From Antedon mediterranea (Eukaryota; Animalia; Echinodermata), in the NCBI RefSeq assembly GCF_964355755.1, contig NC_092671.1:10106001-10170000 (forward strand): a DNA stretch of 64,000 nt, in the 5' to 3' direction. The notes beneath the pieces are model-generated. The model saw nothing but the letters and a program-made list of their open reading frames with translations, had not been told where the DNA came from and made no database searches. How positions within the stretch are numbered: the first letter of the stretch is position 1; every line of letters begins with the position of its first letter. Both the position numbers and the translations under genes were made by a program. Shown here piece by piece: positions 1 through 13,300 of the stretch.

Positions 1-18
1 TTTTGTGTTTTGTTTTAT

Positions 19-837
19 CAAAGAATATATATCACAAGAATGAGTAATCCGCAATTTTCCCTGTAACAGTAATATTGTCCATGTGGTAGGGCGCCGCCAT
101 AAGTGTGGATGTATCTGGGATGTATACAACTTTTTGTGACGCTTTCAATAATCAAAGGCTAGACCACCGGTAGTATTTTCATGACAAAAAATGTTATCAA
201 CTACATGCCAACATCATGTTAAATACTATTTGGATATTTAATTGTTCGTTTTATGCAATTTATTTAGTAAAAACTGCCGTATAAACAGTTTGCTTTATCA
301 ACCGGGCGCTACGATAGCGTGACCGGGCGTGTTCACAAAGGATAGTTTAATAATATTCCTATATCTAACTTCTTTCTGGTAAAACAAATAAATGTTAATG
401 ACATTTAACATTTTGTCCTATTAATAACATGTATTTTATACTAATTTATATCATAAAAACAATACTTAATTTACCGGGCGTAGAGTAGTACACGGCAATG
501 GTAAAGAATAGGCCGTGCTGAGTAACGATTCGTGATTTTTGGTGTTGCTGTGTTAGGCCTTTTTTGTGAACTAACTTAGCATGTTAGTAAATAATTGTCT
601 GTAAAAGTGAATGTACACTAGTTTGTTAATAAATAGTATTATAAAATAGTTTACAATTGCAAAAACTATTATCATAATTCTATTTAATGTGACATGTATA
701 ATATCTATTAAATCAAGTCTTATTTAGTATGTATACATCCGCCCTTATGAGGGCGGGCATCACTCACTGGAGCTCTCTGTTACAAATTTCTCATGCAAAA
801 ATCGCGGATTACTCATTCTTGTGATATATATTCTTTG
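19..837. mobile_element. Non-autonomous TIR element, P-element-like
   Basis: About 40-bp near-perfect TIR CAAAGAATATATATCACAAGAATGAGTAATCCGC at 19-58 and 798-837. A 7-bp direct repeat GTTTTAT flanks it (12-18, 838-844). No ORF. Confidence 0.8.
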
Positions 838-994
838 GTTTTATTCATAAATACTACACTAATAGTTCTATTTCCAACACACTGCATACACAAAGTGTTT
901 TTATATGCCACCCCAATCAGGTTACCAATGTTGAAATAATATTATTTAAGTTTCCATAGAGTTGTGAAATATATATATTTTGTTTTGTATTTAC

Positions 995-3900
995 TTTTTC
1001 AATTGCTTGAGCAACTGGTTCTGGCAGTGGACCTGAATTTCCAATACACGTCATACACCCATATCCAACCACATTAAAACTATAAAAGAAAATATTCATG
1101 CAAGAAAATTATTCATATTGTATTTTGAATGTATGTAGTAATATAGATAAAAGTCAGTATGGGATATCAAGGCTCTTATTTGGGAATTACTATGTTTATA
1201 GTGATATTTCAAGATGATAAATTTAATGGTGGCAGATTATGATTAAATGATAACATACCCAAGAGTTTCTAAATAAGGAATGACACCATTCTCCTTCAGG
1301 AAGTAAGTGACAACACCTGGAACTGGACTTACCCAAGAGTTTCTAAATAAGGAATGACACCACTCTCTTTCAGGTAGTAAGTGACAACACCGGAACCTGG
1401 ACTTAGACTCGTCTTAACAAATGGCTTCACTGTTAATCCTTTATTCACTGCATTTTTAGCAAGTAAACCTGAAATAAAATGTTGAAAATTTGTAAGGTTG
1501 ATTTTAGGAAAGTGTGCAGTCATAGATAAATATATACAGATAAAAGTTTAACACGAGTAATTTATTTATGTATAGATAAATATATACCAATGTTCCATAG
1601 ATAGACGATAAGAACTAGACATTCAACACAATCACAGCTCATAAAAATGTGATTCACAGATGTTCTATAAAGACATCAAAAGGGACCACACTACAGTATA
1701 TGGCAGCATCAAATCAGCCAATCAGATATGCCTTTTTGAAATTACAACATTAACACGAGGACATAATATTCTTATACGATCTTCATACACGAACATTTAA
1801 GAATATTATCAAAAATGTATTATTTTATCACCATTAACAATAGAGTTATATGTTATGATTTATGTGGTTTTTCATAATACTTTAGGTTATTTTTATATAC
1901 TTTATTTTATATACTATAGAAAACTATACTTGTTTTGTCTCTTGCCTTAGCCTAATTATCAAATTAAAAAGTCATTACAAATTTGAAAAATTCTACAAAC
2001 CTGCTCCTAGCATGACTGATGGATTACTGGTATTTGTGCAACTTGTGATGGCTGCTATGACAACAGAGCCATGTGACAAAACATACTCCTCATTTTCAAA
2101 GACGAAAGGAATGGATTTGCTTTGTTGATCTGGCGCGATCTTAAAACCTTTAAACCCGATTGGATTATCAAGACAGTTCTGAAAGTCTTTCTTCATGACG
2201 TTAACATCGACCTTATCATGAGGCCGCTTTGGACCACTGACGCAGGACATTACAGTTGAGAGGTCCAATTCAACAATCTAAGGGAAGAAAAGAATTTAAA
2301 AAAATTACAATATTGTAAAATATAGTCAACAGTGATTATTACCAGTAACAAAAGGTAGTTGAGGCCATAATTGCATTCTCATAATAATGGTTGTTAAAGA
2401 GCATAACACTGATGTTTCTAAGCATTTACACCTTTTAAAAGAAGCCATGAAACTAATAATGAGGATGATGCAATGAACCATTTTCACAGCTCCATTCTTT
2501 AACGCTTTGAAGCTCCCAAATGAGAACTTGTCGGCGAAATAGAAATCACAGGAAAGCAAATGAAAAAGGTGTCTAACAGAACTAAAGTTGAAATTTGGTA
2601 AATGGACTTAATAATGACATACCAATGACATAGCCATAAGAATGGGGCTGTTAAAAGTAATAACTTACCTCAGAATAAACAGGGTCTTGCTTGGAGTTAT
2701 CAAAATCTCGAAATAATCCATTTGCTTTCAAATATTTCTCAACCATTGATATCTTACTGTCCTGTCGCCCTGCAAAAGTAATAAAAAAAAAAAATACACA
2801 TTCTATTACATTATTTCACTATTGCCGTTATACAAATACTAACTCTATAAATGCAGGGATATGACTAGGTTAATAACAAAAACATTTACCTGTTTGTTTC
2901 ATATACTTAAGACTAATTTCATCAATAGCAAAGTATCCAATAGTTGCACCATACTCTGGACACATGTTGGCAATCGTAGCCCTATCAGCAATTGATAGTT
3001 GCGACACACCCGGCCCAAAGAACTCGACAAACTTGCCAACAACACCAATTTGACGTAAATGCTAGAAAAAGAGATCAATATGTTTAACTATGTACACTGT
3101 CACTGTCAACATAGGTACATCATTATACATTAATATTGTCACATTCCTTTATTTCAGATCACATTTATATCCAATAAAATAACAAAGGATCTTTAACAAA
3201 TGTACTGTAAACCTCAATAGAATTATCTTACACAGAGGGCTATCTATCCATCTATTATACATCTTTGTGTCTAAGAGCATACATAAATAGACACAAGTAC
3301 ATTGCCACTATTTAGCATATAAAGCTGCAAATTGTTTTTTGCAAATACTAATAAAACTATGGGACAATATTACCGTATCATATATATAGAGTGAGTGGTG
3401 ATTTTGCATACATGTTACCAACCTTCGTTATTGTGAGAACAACATCTGTAGAAGTGACTAATGCGTTCATCTTGCCTGTCAGCTTGTAACCTATGACCTT
3501 TGGTAGAACCATACTTATCGCTTGACCCAACATTACTGCTTCAGCTTCAATGCCTCCAACTCCTAAAAAAAACCAAATATTGAATGCTTATGTCTTTTTG
3601 CCAAAGAAAAGTTATCTCATTAATATGTACAGTTTTAAGGCAAAAGTTGTATATTTTATTATTTTATGTTTTGTTGTACTGTTTTCTTTTGTTTGTTTCA
3701 TAATTTGTTTCTCCACACTTCATTCAATATTTCAACAGAGTAATTATAAAGATAAAATAAAAAGTGTAGAGTTCAAGTAATTCCAACAAGCTTTAAGACT
3801 TGACCCCCTTAAGTTAAGGGTCCCCACTTAAGAGTAATGTAGTTCACTTTTTTTCATGTTCTTTGCTGTTATTTTTAATGGTCATTTGCTTTGTAGTACT

Positions 3901-6900
3901 GTTATTTTATACCGAGGTGAAAAAATGAGACAACAATTTTAAAACAAATACAATACCCCATCCAACAATTCCTAGGCCATTGATCATGGTAGTATGCGAG
4001 TCTGTTCCAACTAAGCTGTCAGGGTAGAGGATGTTATCACTGTCAAACACCACTCTAGCTAAGTATTCAAGATTTACTTGATGCACTATGCCAGAGCCTG
4101 GAGGCACTATCAACATGTTCTTTAAAGCTTTTGCACCCCACTGCAACGCAACGCAAGAAATCAGAATTAATTAATATTGTTTAGTCAAACGCCTATTAAC
4201 GGGACACTTTCAAGACTAAGAAAAGTGTCTCTTTAATAGGGGTAGTTTCTGAATAGGGGTTGGCCATAGTATTAAAACATGTATTTCCCTGTGTTCATTT
4301 CAAAGGAAAGTGGCCCCTTGATAGGGATAACCTAAAGAAGAGGTTCTGAAGTACAGTTAAATATTGCCGAAATAAAAAAAAAATAAAAATTGACCTTCAG
4401 AAAGAGAAATCGTTCTTTGTTGCGTTCAAATTCAATGTCTTGATTCTTCTGGAGAGCATCGGCGCTAAAAGTAGAAGAACTGATACAATCAAAGTTTCAA
4501 AATACATCATGTTTTATTTGAAAAAGCATTTGAAAAAGCAGGAATATAATAATGATACTATTAAACATTATATATTGGAATATTACGGCATCTGTGATAG
4601 CAATGTGTGTGTATATGTGTGACTACTACTAATGTACTGTTCATACAGGAATTATGATGTTTTGTCCAATGTCGTGTGTGTACCGTCAGTGTTTTAAACT
4701 CAACCGTTTTAGTGGAAAATGCTAATAGCCATAACTCAATCAGCGTTAACATGGCTTTAGTACCATAAGCTATATAAACAATAAAGTTACATGGTTCATC
4801 ATACCTTCTTGAGACATCTACTTGCACAGAGTGGTCAATGACAAGGTCAGCTGGTACCACTGGGTTTATCTTTTCAGGATCGCCACCAAGTCTTTTCACT
4901 GCATCTCGCATTGCTGCAAAGTCCACAACTGCTGGGACACCACTACAAACATTAATTAGCAATAATAATGTTGAACATTTTGTAGCAATAAATAAATATA
5001 TTTATATAGTGTATATACAATTAGTAAAACTTTAACAGTTTTGTATGAACGCAATAATTTTCATTTATTTGAAATATCAAATTTACACACTACATTTTTT
5101 TATACAGTATGCATTTAAAAGTGTGATATGGGAAACCTTTTCTGTCTGAAAAGTATATTTTTAATGCAAGATTCTGAACCATCAGTTATTGTCGTCATTT
5201 ATTAATAATTAATCAATTAGCATTAAAACAGAATAACAATATAGACAATTTACAATTTGGCATTTAAAATATTTATTCCTAAAGTAAACAACATAGCATA
5301 GTACACTATTAAAGTTTATGTGACAAAAAAATGTGATGTGTTTATATATGGACATGATGATGTCATATCACTACCATATTTAGGCACATCACACTTTTTT
5401 AAACTAGTTTGATAGTGTAGACAGAGCTATAATTATTTAAAAAACATACGTGAAGTCTTGAAGAATAACACGGGCTGGTTTAAATGGAACTTCAACACTC
5501 TTCAGTTGATTTTCTTTCCAATTTAAAATGTTTTCAATATCTTTAACCTTGATGTGAAAGTTGTCATAATTTCTGATTGCAGATTCGAGAAGCACTCTGA
5601 TTGAAAATGGAAGTTCATCTACAAGAGAAAAATGTGAACTTAAGTTGCTGAGCGGTTAAGACAGTGGCACAACATGAGATGGAAAATACAATTTTTCCGG
5701 TTAAATCAAGGATCGTTTATGCATAACAAGTCAAATTTGTAAACTTACCATATCGGGGGTCGTTTATGCCTAATAGGTCAAAGTATTTGAACGATTTTCC
5801 ATCAATATCAATGGATTTCTCACATCGGTATTTGCTACAATCTGTAAAAACAAATTTGGGGATTATAAAAAGGATAATATTATTGATATACTGTATGCAA
5901 AAACATTAATTATTAGTCTAAACAAAAAGTATACTCTCTGTTCTGTACTAAATACTTTACACTAAGAAATTAAAAACACATTATTTCTAAAGTGGCCATG
6001 TTTTTTAATACCAATATTCAAGATTTTTATCTACTTATATTGCATATTATTATTAGTAAGTAAACTTTTCTTTTACAAACAATGAGTGCAGGGAATTCTG
6101 GGTTAATAATTTAACAATAGATTCAACCTTGACAAATGTCAAAAGGTCATATCAGAGAATAATTTCGCCAGTGTAGCATAGCAAAAAGCTATACAAAACA
6201 ACCTTTTTGCTACACATTTCTACAATTGTGTAGCAAAAAATACAATACAAAACTATGTTTCTTGTCTAAAAAATCAGTTCGATTAGCAATTTTGCTAAAC
6301 AAAATTTTCAAATGAAATTTTTCCCTGCATATAGTTCATACATGTTATACTTTATCTCAGTTTGCCTTCTTTTCTTTCAAATATAAGAATCAAATATGCA
6401 CCTTACAATACCGTAGTTGATTGATAACAATAATACTGACTGATTCTTTAAACAAATTATTTTTTTTCCAAAATAATATTTTCACTTTCAATATTGTACA
6501 GTAAATATGTTTAATTTTTTGTACAATAGAAAATCAACACAATTACAGTATTCTTCTGCAAATATTATGAATGCTTCTTTAATTATAAGGTTTCACTATT
6601 GTAACATAATCAGTGTACTGTATGATATTCTAATTACATTGCCCTTTTCTATAGTATTTATTATTTGTAACCTTGATTTCAATCCAGGATATTGCTAGCC
6701 AAACACCTTGATTGCTAGATTATCAGGACAAGGCAAAATACTTCCTAGTCAATATCTTCATAGAAATTAAATGCGAATGTTATGAACATCAATTAAATCA
6801 AATGTGCAAAAGGATATTATTATGATGAAGGTTATTTATCGACTTATTCCAGACATTCACTGCGGTTGTGAGAAAAAAAGCATTGCAATATCATGATGGA

Positions 6901-7852
6901 TTATTATCATGTACTTTATGGTAACTGATAAATAGCGGTCATGCTAATCTTCGCCTGGTACGCCCGGAAGGGGCCTGGTATCGCCTAGATAGGGTTTATG
7001 ATATAAAATGATGTCAAGTACATTTTATTACTATATGCTTTAATTAAAGTCATAAATTTAACTTAGATATATTTTTCTTTCCACCAGAAACAAGTTAATT
7101 CAGTTAAAATATTGTTTAACATTTCAGTTTCGGAAAAAACATAATCAGTATTTTGACAGTTGTTATTAAAAAATGTACAAAACGTACAATTAGAATTAAT
7201 TAAATATCACAATAACATTAAATATTATGTTAGCATGTACTTGATAAAATTTTATGTTTAAACCCTACCGGGAGAAAAATTAGCATTACCCGATAATAGT
7301 CACAATGTAAAATATTATAAAGTTGAATGAACGAATTTAGGAAAATGAAGAGATTGTCCGCATTGTTATACTGTGCCGGAATTGGATTGGATGACGGGGA
7401 ACCTCTACTGTACCTAGCAAGCTTCAGTTTAGTTTCTAAAGACCAAATTTGTTTAAAACATCAAACATGTTATGTTATTGTTAATTGTTGGCAGGGCCTA
7501 TTAAATAAACTGAATGAAGGATAAATCTGAATTAACAGATCCAGTGCCTTAAATTATATATTATTATTAATATTATACACGCCTTTGGTTCCCCACACCT
7601 TTTTACACGAAAGTATAAACAGACACAAAGGCTGGGCTAGCTAGGCTAACGTGCCTACGTGAGTAATGATTCATCGACAATGGAGTCATATCACACAGCA
7701 TACATGTGAACATAAACAATCAACCATCCACACACCACGAAGGAAGAACCCGTGAGCCTAGGCCTAGATTAAATTTTCGCAGTTAAATAGACAATGAATA
7801 CAAGCAAATTAAAGATGAACATGACAATTAACTTACCGTCTGATAAAGCCAT
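995..7852 (-). CDS. ACO1: Cytosolic aconitate hydratase / iron regulatory protein 1, coding exons 1-12 (3' part lies beyond the left edge)
   Basis: GT-AG exons with consistent phases: 7852-7837, 5841-5749, 5618-5450, 4942-4805, 4464-4395, 4140-3957, 3562-3423, 3061-2890, 2769-2669, 2277-2001, 1468-1333, 1079-995. Translation MALSDDCSKY...[15 protein letters not shown]...[24 protein letters not shown]...[11 protein letters not shown]...[13 protein letters not shown]...[12 protein letters not shown] matches IRP1/AcnA. All three Fe-S cysteines are present and there is no mitochondrial presequence. Confidence 0.96.
1257..1404. repeat. 74-bp tandem duplication of the 3' end of ACO1 exon 11
   Basis: CCCAAGAGTTTCTAAATAAGGAATGACACCA...GTGACAACACC...TGGACTT occurs at about 1258-1330 and 1332-1404 with few differences. 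Confidence 0.9.
5303..5428. mobile_element. Truncated copy of the AGCTCTGTCTACAC MITE family
   Basis: Ends GTTTGATAGTGTAGACAGAGCT and shares its internal sequence with the copies at 21195 and 24118. Confidence 0.7.
6153..6327. mobile_element. Short putative MITE (CAG...CTG termini)
   Basis: Imperfect TIR CAGAGAATAATTTC / GAAATTTTTCCCTG with CATAT on both sides and internal TAGCAAAAA repeats. Confidence 0.4.
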
Positions 7853-8003
7853 TCCTACTTTCTGATTCGTCTGGGTTAACAGTGAATTTTGGCAGGTTTC
7901 TGCCGATCTCTCTCTACCACAACAACAAAAACAGCCGTCGTTCGTTCTCTGCTAGAGTGCTGAAGCTCTATTGTTGTTTCACACTCGAGCAGCGAGCTCT
8001 CAC

Positions 8004-8017
8004 ACGCCCTCTGTAGG
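8004..8017 (-). promoter_or_regulatory. CTCF-like motif in the putative ACO1 promoter region
   Basis: CCTACAGAGGGCGT resembles the CCRSYAGRKGGCR consensus and lies in a GC-richer patch about 150 bp upstream of the ATG. Motif match only. Confidence 0.2.
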
Positions 8018-9649
8018 TAGCTGAGTTCACGCGTTTTTTAAATTTACTATAATATTATTTATAAATTTAATATTTTTGTTTTATATTAACAATTGTTTTG
8101 TATGGTTATTTAACTTTGATCAATGTCACATAATATTTATCCACTTGACCAAAAACCTAGATCGAAAAAATGTATTTAACTAAAAAAAATGTAATTTAAA
8201 GCAATGAATGAAAAAATGGTACTTGGTGTCATGATTGATTCGGTGTCATGTGTTGATTTGTTTAATACAAGTAAATGATGTATTCATTTTACTTGTGGTA
8301 TAAAGATAAAAACAATTTTTGCAAAAAAGTTTTCCATTCATACTCAAGTGCATATTTTTACATTATAATAAACTCATGAAATCAGGAATATTCATAACTT
8401 ATTTATTAAACATTAAGTCCCATTTGAAGTATGACCAAATTAAATTAAACAAACAATGCTATATGTGGCATGCTTTGTATTTATTAAATATTTGTAGCAA
8501 TGTTAAACGCCTGTACAATGTAATATGCCTTAAAAGTTAATCTGCTTTCAGATTACAGTCTTGTTTACTTTTAAATATTATGAAAAAATCGTTGAATTAA
8601 GTTACTGAATTGTAATCATACTGGTATTCAGTAATATAATAGCTGCCTGTATCATATTAATAATATTATTATATAATATGACACTAGTACACTGCTCACC
8701 AGTATTTTTGTGTGCAAAATTAATGGTTTGATAAATTTCTATATTTAATATATCTAGGTATTTTCACTATAAAATAATGAAGTTCATGCTCAAATTAAAG
8801 ACAGTGTTTTTTGCTATTTGTTATTTTCAATTCTGATAATTTCAAAATATGGTATACTGCCCTCTACAGATGCAAATTGCATCATTCAAATTCAATAAAC
8901 ATGAAAAATAGTACCGTATTTCCTTATGTACACTATACAATTTTCACCTTTTTAAAATTTGTACATAAATGAAAATAATAATATGTATAATTTTATACAT
9001 ACTTTATAATATATAATTGGAAGCACTCTATTATACACAACAACATTATTGATCTGTATGTGGTTAACACATCTACATATAAAACAAAAATTATAAAACC
9101 TATAAATTTGACATATCTTGAACCTGAATTAAATACTTAAATTTATTCTACAATATTTCATTTCAAATTAAGACAGACAATTGCTTTTTTTTATTTTCTG
9201 TTCCATATATGGATATTTTATATCCATATCTATTATATCCATATTGTATATTCATATATTTATATCCATATTATTGGGAATAAAATGTTACACCTTTATA
9301 ATACCATGAATACACTAAAAATATTTTTTGAGGACAAAAATAGTGAAATCTTAATTGGAAATCTGGAAAATTGATCTGCATTGAATTGTCACAACAGAAT
9401 TATTCTCTCATATAAATTTTTTCGGAATGTCCACATATTACTGTTATACAAATTTTATAAAAGCATTGAGATGCTGAAAACTATAAATATAGATACACAT
9501 TCACATGGGGAAAATACACTGCTAAGAAGGTGATAATGATCGACCATTATTACCCATACTGAACACCTCCTAATGTTTATAATTGAAGAATAAATATCTA
9601 TATTATGTCAGTTATAGTTTATTTTAAACAGTCACATTTCTGGAGAAGA

Positions 9650-10386
9650 TTAGTAAAAAGCTGGGTTTGTGTGTTCAATGATACATTTGCGACAGGTTTT
9701 CTTGAATGCCTTATAAGCCTCGACAGACACCTGACATTCTTGTATATTCAGTTGTTGCAGTTCCTGACAATACTGGGCCATCATATTAATGCCCTCGTCT
9801 TTCACCAACACACATCCTTTCATGCTCAACTTGCGTAGATACATACACCCGATAGCCAACGCAGTCACGCCTTGATCAGTTACTTGCGAGCATTTACCGA
9901 TATCAAGTGATCGTAATCGTACACATCCACGTGCCAGATCAACCATAGCTTTGTCCGTTAAAAGTGCGCAACCTCTCACATTAAGGTAACGCAGTTTACT
10001 ACAGTATTTTGCGATTGAATGTATTCCTAAATCTGTAATACGGTCACATTTTGCGATGCTGAAATGTTTAAGCGATGCACCTAACTTAGATAACGACCTC
10101 ATGCCGTAGTCTGTGATTCTACGGCATTCTATTACGGAGATCTCTTTTAAAACGGAACAACTGTTGGCTATTTCTCGGAAGCCCTCATCCGTGATGCGTT
10201 GGCATCGTCTGATATAAAGGTTCTGAAGACCAGGACAGTTCAGAGCGACTGTTCGTAATCCTTTGTCATCGAGGGCGGCACAATTTGACATATCTAGATG
10301 GCGTAATCGTAAACTTTGACCTTGCAATTCACATGACTCCGCAGATGACTCGTCGGATACACTGAAACATGTGATCAATGGACAGC
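9650..10386 (-). CDS. FBXL7: FBXL7 last coding exon (leucine-rich repeats)
   Basis: Acceptor ttcatag|GC TGT CCA. Cysteine-containing LRRs ending HTNPAFY-stop. Confidence 0.95.
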
Positions 10387-13300
10387 CTATGAACAAAAAA
10401 AAAGTCAAGTTTAATATAAAGAACATTATGAAATATAACATTGAAGTTAAAATGTCAAGGATAGCATTGATTCCTCGATACTGTACTCCGTGAGAACATT
10501 TTAATAAAACAAAAAGGCATCATAAAACAGCTAAATATAGCATATTTTGCAATATTGCATGTACTGTATTTATTTGGCATACACTTTTTTTAGTACAGAA
10601 ATTTTACATGTCAATGAATTGATTATTACAGTACTTAATTCAGCCCTTAATTTGACTATAAAGAGGGACGGATACCTGAATATTTAAACCAGGGTGTCAC
10701 AAAGTGTCTGATCTTGCGATAAAACAATTACCTGTACATATTATACAAAACTAAAAAGAAATAGAATAATTGATTATTGAATTGAATTGATTGAATAATC
10801 GTCTCAATTGATGATGATCCTAAAAAAGTACAAACACTGTTTGGCAATCTATATAAGGTTGAATTAACAACCTAGATATAAGTACAGGTTACTGACATTT
10901 CAGAACAAACTTTAACAAACCATTGCCTTGTGAAATATAAACACTTGAACTTAAAGATCAAATAATTGCGAACTTATTTGTTTATAGCTATTAAACTTTT
11001 GTTGGAAAGATGCGCTTTGTATGGTAGTACTGACTAAGATTTATATTAGAAACTTTATTAGTCTGAGTAAAGTCTGTTAATAAAGGGATTTGAGCAATTA
11101 ACCGCCATTTCAAAGTTTACATTATTGTAAATGAGGACCATTTAATATGTGCAATGTATTGTCCAAAGAAATTCACGAGTGAATTGGGTAATAATGATAT
11201 ACTGTGTTATCATAAACGTTTTTAAAATCTAGTTTTGTAGATTAACCTAGACCTACATACTAAATGTATAGTTTTCTTGCGATCTTATTTACATAATAAT
11301 TTTTATACAGAACTTTGAAAATGAAATGAATCTCTACTAAATCTATTTGACACTAGGTAGTTTCAAACTTTATTCTTTTAACTTAGACACGTTCGATTTT
11401 TTTCATAAAAAAAAATATCCACACATAACTAAAAATTAAATATAGGCCTATGTTAGACATCAGATATTCACTTTTCTGTAACTGTCTTGTTATCGTACCA
11501 ACAATACCAAAGCAACAGTATGTCAATATTTCTATATCCTTTATGCTAGATGTCAAAAATCTAATCTATACCAATACAGACAACAACAAAACTGTGTCAC
11601 CACTACAATGGCTTTTGTACAATTACATTGTTTCTTGAGGGCGATTCTATTACTACAGAGCCTAATTGGGGCATATCAGTTACAGTGGGTCTCACTGAGT
11701 GACATAAGAAGGTTCCTGCTAACAATCAAACTAGAATATTTGCTTGTATGCAAACCCCATTGGAATTTGTAAATTTATAAAAGTTGGGGGACCTCTGTTT
11801 TGTGATATTAACAAAAAGTAACAGCACACCCATATCCTGGACAGCAGCCAATATTTTACAGTGTGATGACAGACACTGTATTTTCAATGTACAGTACATA
11901 CTGTATGTCATGACGTTAAGGATGCTATCAAATATGATACTACAGATCCTTTTGGGTCCTGCCTAAAATAAATTTAAAAAGTTTGTTCACCCAAAAAGAC
12001 TATTTAAATCAGTACTTCTTAAGACAGACTTTTTTCTCCTTTTTTCTCCTCTACCATGCCACCTAGATTGTTTTAGATCTAGTTTAAGTAGGGCAGGAGG
12101 TGCCTGAGTCTGGGATGGCCGAGACACAACTGGTACTGACCGGGGTTCAATTAGACCAATCCCTGGTTGGCGACGAAGGCGTATCCCCTTACTTCGGTTT
12201 GGTTTTTTTTTTGCATGGTTGGAATCCCGTTTAACGTATTAGTTTTATGTACAGCGCTTAGAGGTTTCACAACATTAGGCACTATATAAATCCAGGATAC
12301 TATTATTATTACGTTTAATACTTAAAGCTATTAAAACCAGTAATTTGTTCTGTTTCGTGTCAGAAAATTAGATATCATTTTTCACTGCTGTACTGTAATT
12401 TTTTAATTGTCTACAAGATTGACTGATAAATTGACAGTTCGTTCAGCAACTTGTTTTTCCATCAAGCCACCATTTAAGCCTCATTTCACAAACCTGTCCA
12501 AATATTGTTACTTTCGGTTTTAGCTAGGCCCAGGTGCACTCAATCAACTATCAATTCATACACACGCAGCATGCCTATGATTACCCAATTGGACAAACTA
12601 CCTACAGCATATCGGCCTAGATTGTACATCGAATACTAACATTTAAAATTAAATATTTTGATATTATACTGTACATACAAAATTATTAATAGTCCTTTTC
12701 ATCTAACTTACAATGTTTCTTTTTCTTATCAAAATTTTATTTTTATGAATAAAAAATAAATTGAATTCCAACAATGCAATAATTAATAAATCAATTTTTT
12801 CACGATAAGTTTTGGATGTTATACAGAAATTCAAATTAATTTTCAAATACTTATAGCATTTTTATTGTTCTTATAGCTTCGTAATTAATTGTTATTAATA
12901 TCCTGAACTCCAGCCTTCAGTTAATTTGGGATTATTATTGAATATTTACTGAACGTGCAGAAAAACTTCAGGTGGTAACGATCACTAAAGGCATTCACCC
13001 TCCTCGTATGCAAAGTTTCTTTGTTAGTTGGTCATTTTGTCCCTTTGTAACCACAGCTAAAAACCGTCTATTCCACCCTATTGGTCTTTGAGATCATACC
13101 TTACATAGTTTTGGTTACAATAGCCCCTCAAGGGTCTCGTCTTGAACGCTTAATGCTGTAATTCATTTATAACTAGGTTTGGAAAAAAAATAAATATGGC
13201 AATGATAAATCTTGCATTATGTATTTAATACTAAACTAAATTAAAACATTTAATGTTGTTGAATTATAAATAAAATATAGTGTAAAGAATAAGATGTGGC

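Noticed and set aside
995-7852. Bacterial AcnA contamination or horizontal transfer
   Set aside because: The gene has many spliceosomal introns and animal IRP1-like sequence throughout.
7880-7885. CAGTGA near the ACO1 start as an autoregulatory IRE
   Set aside because: It is on the antisense strand and its flanks do not pair.
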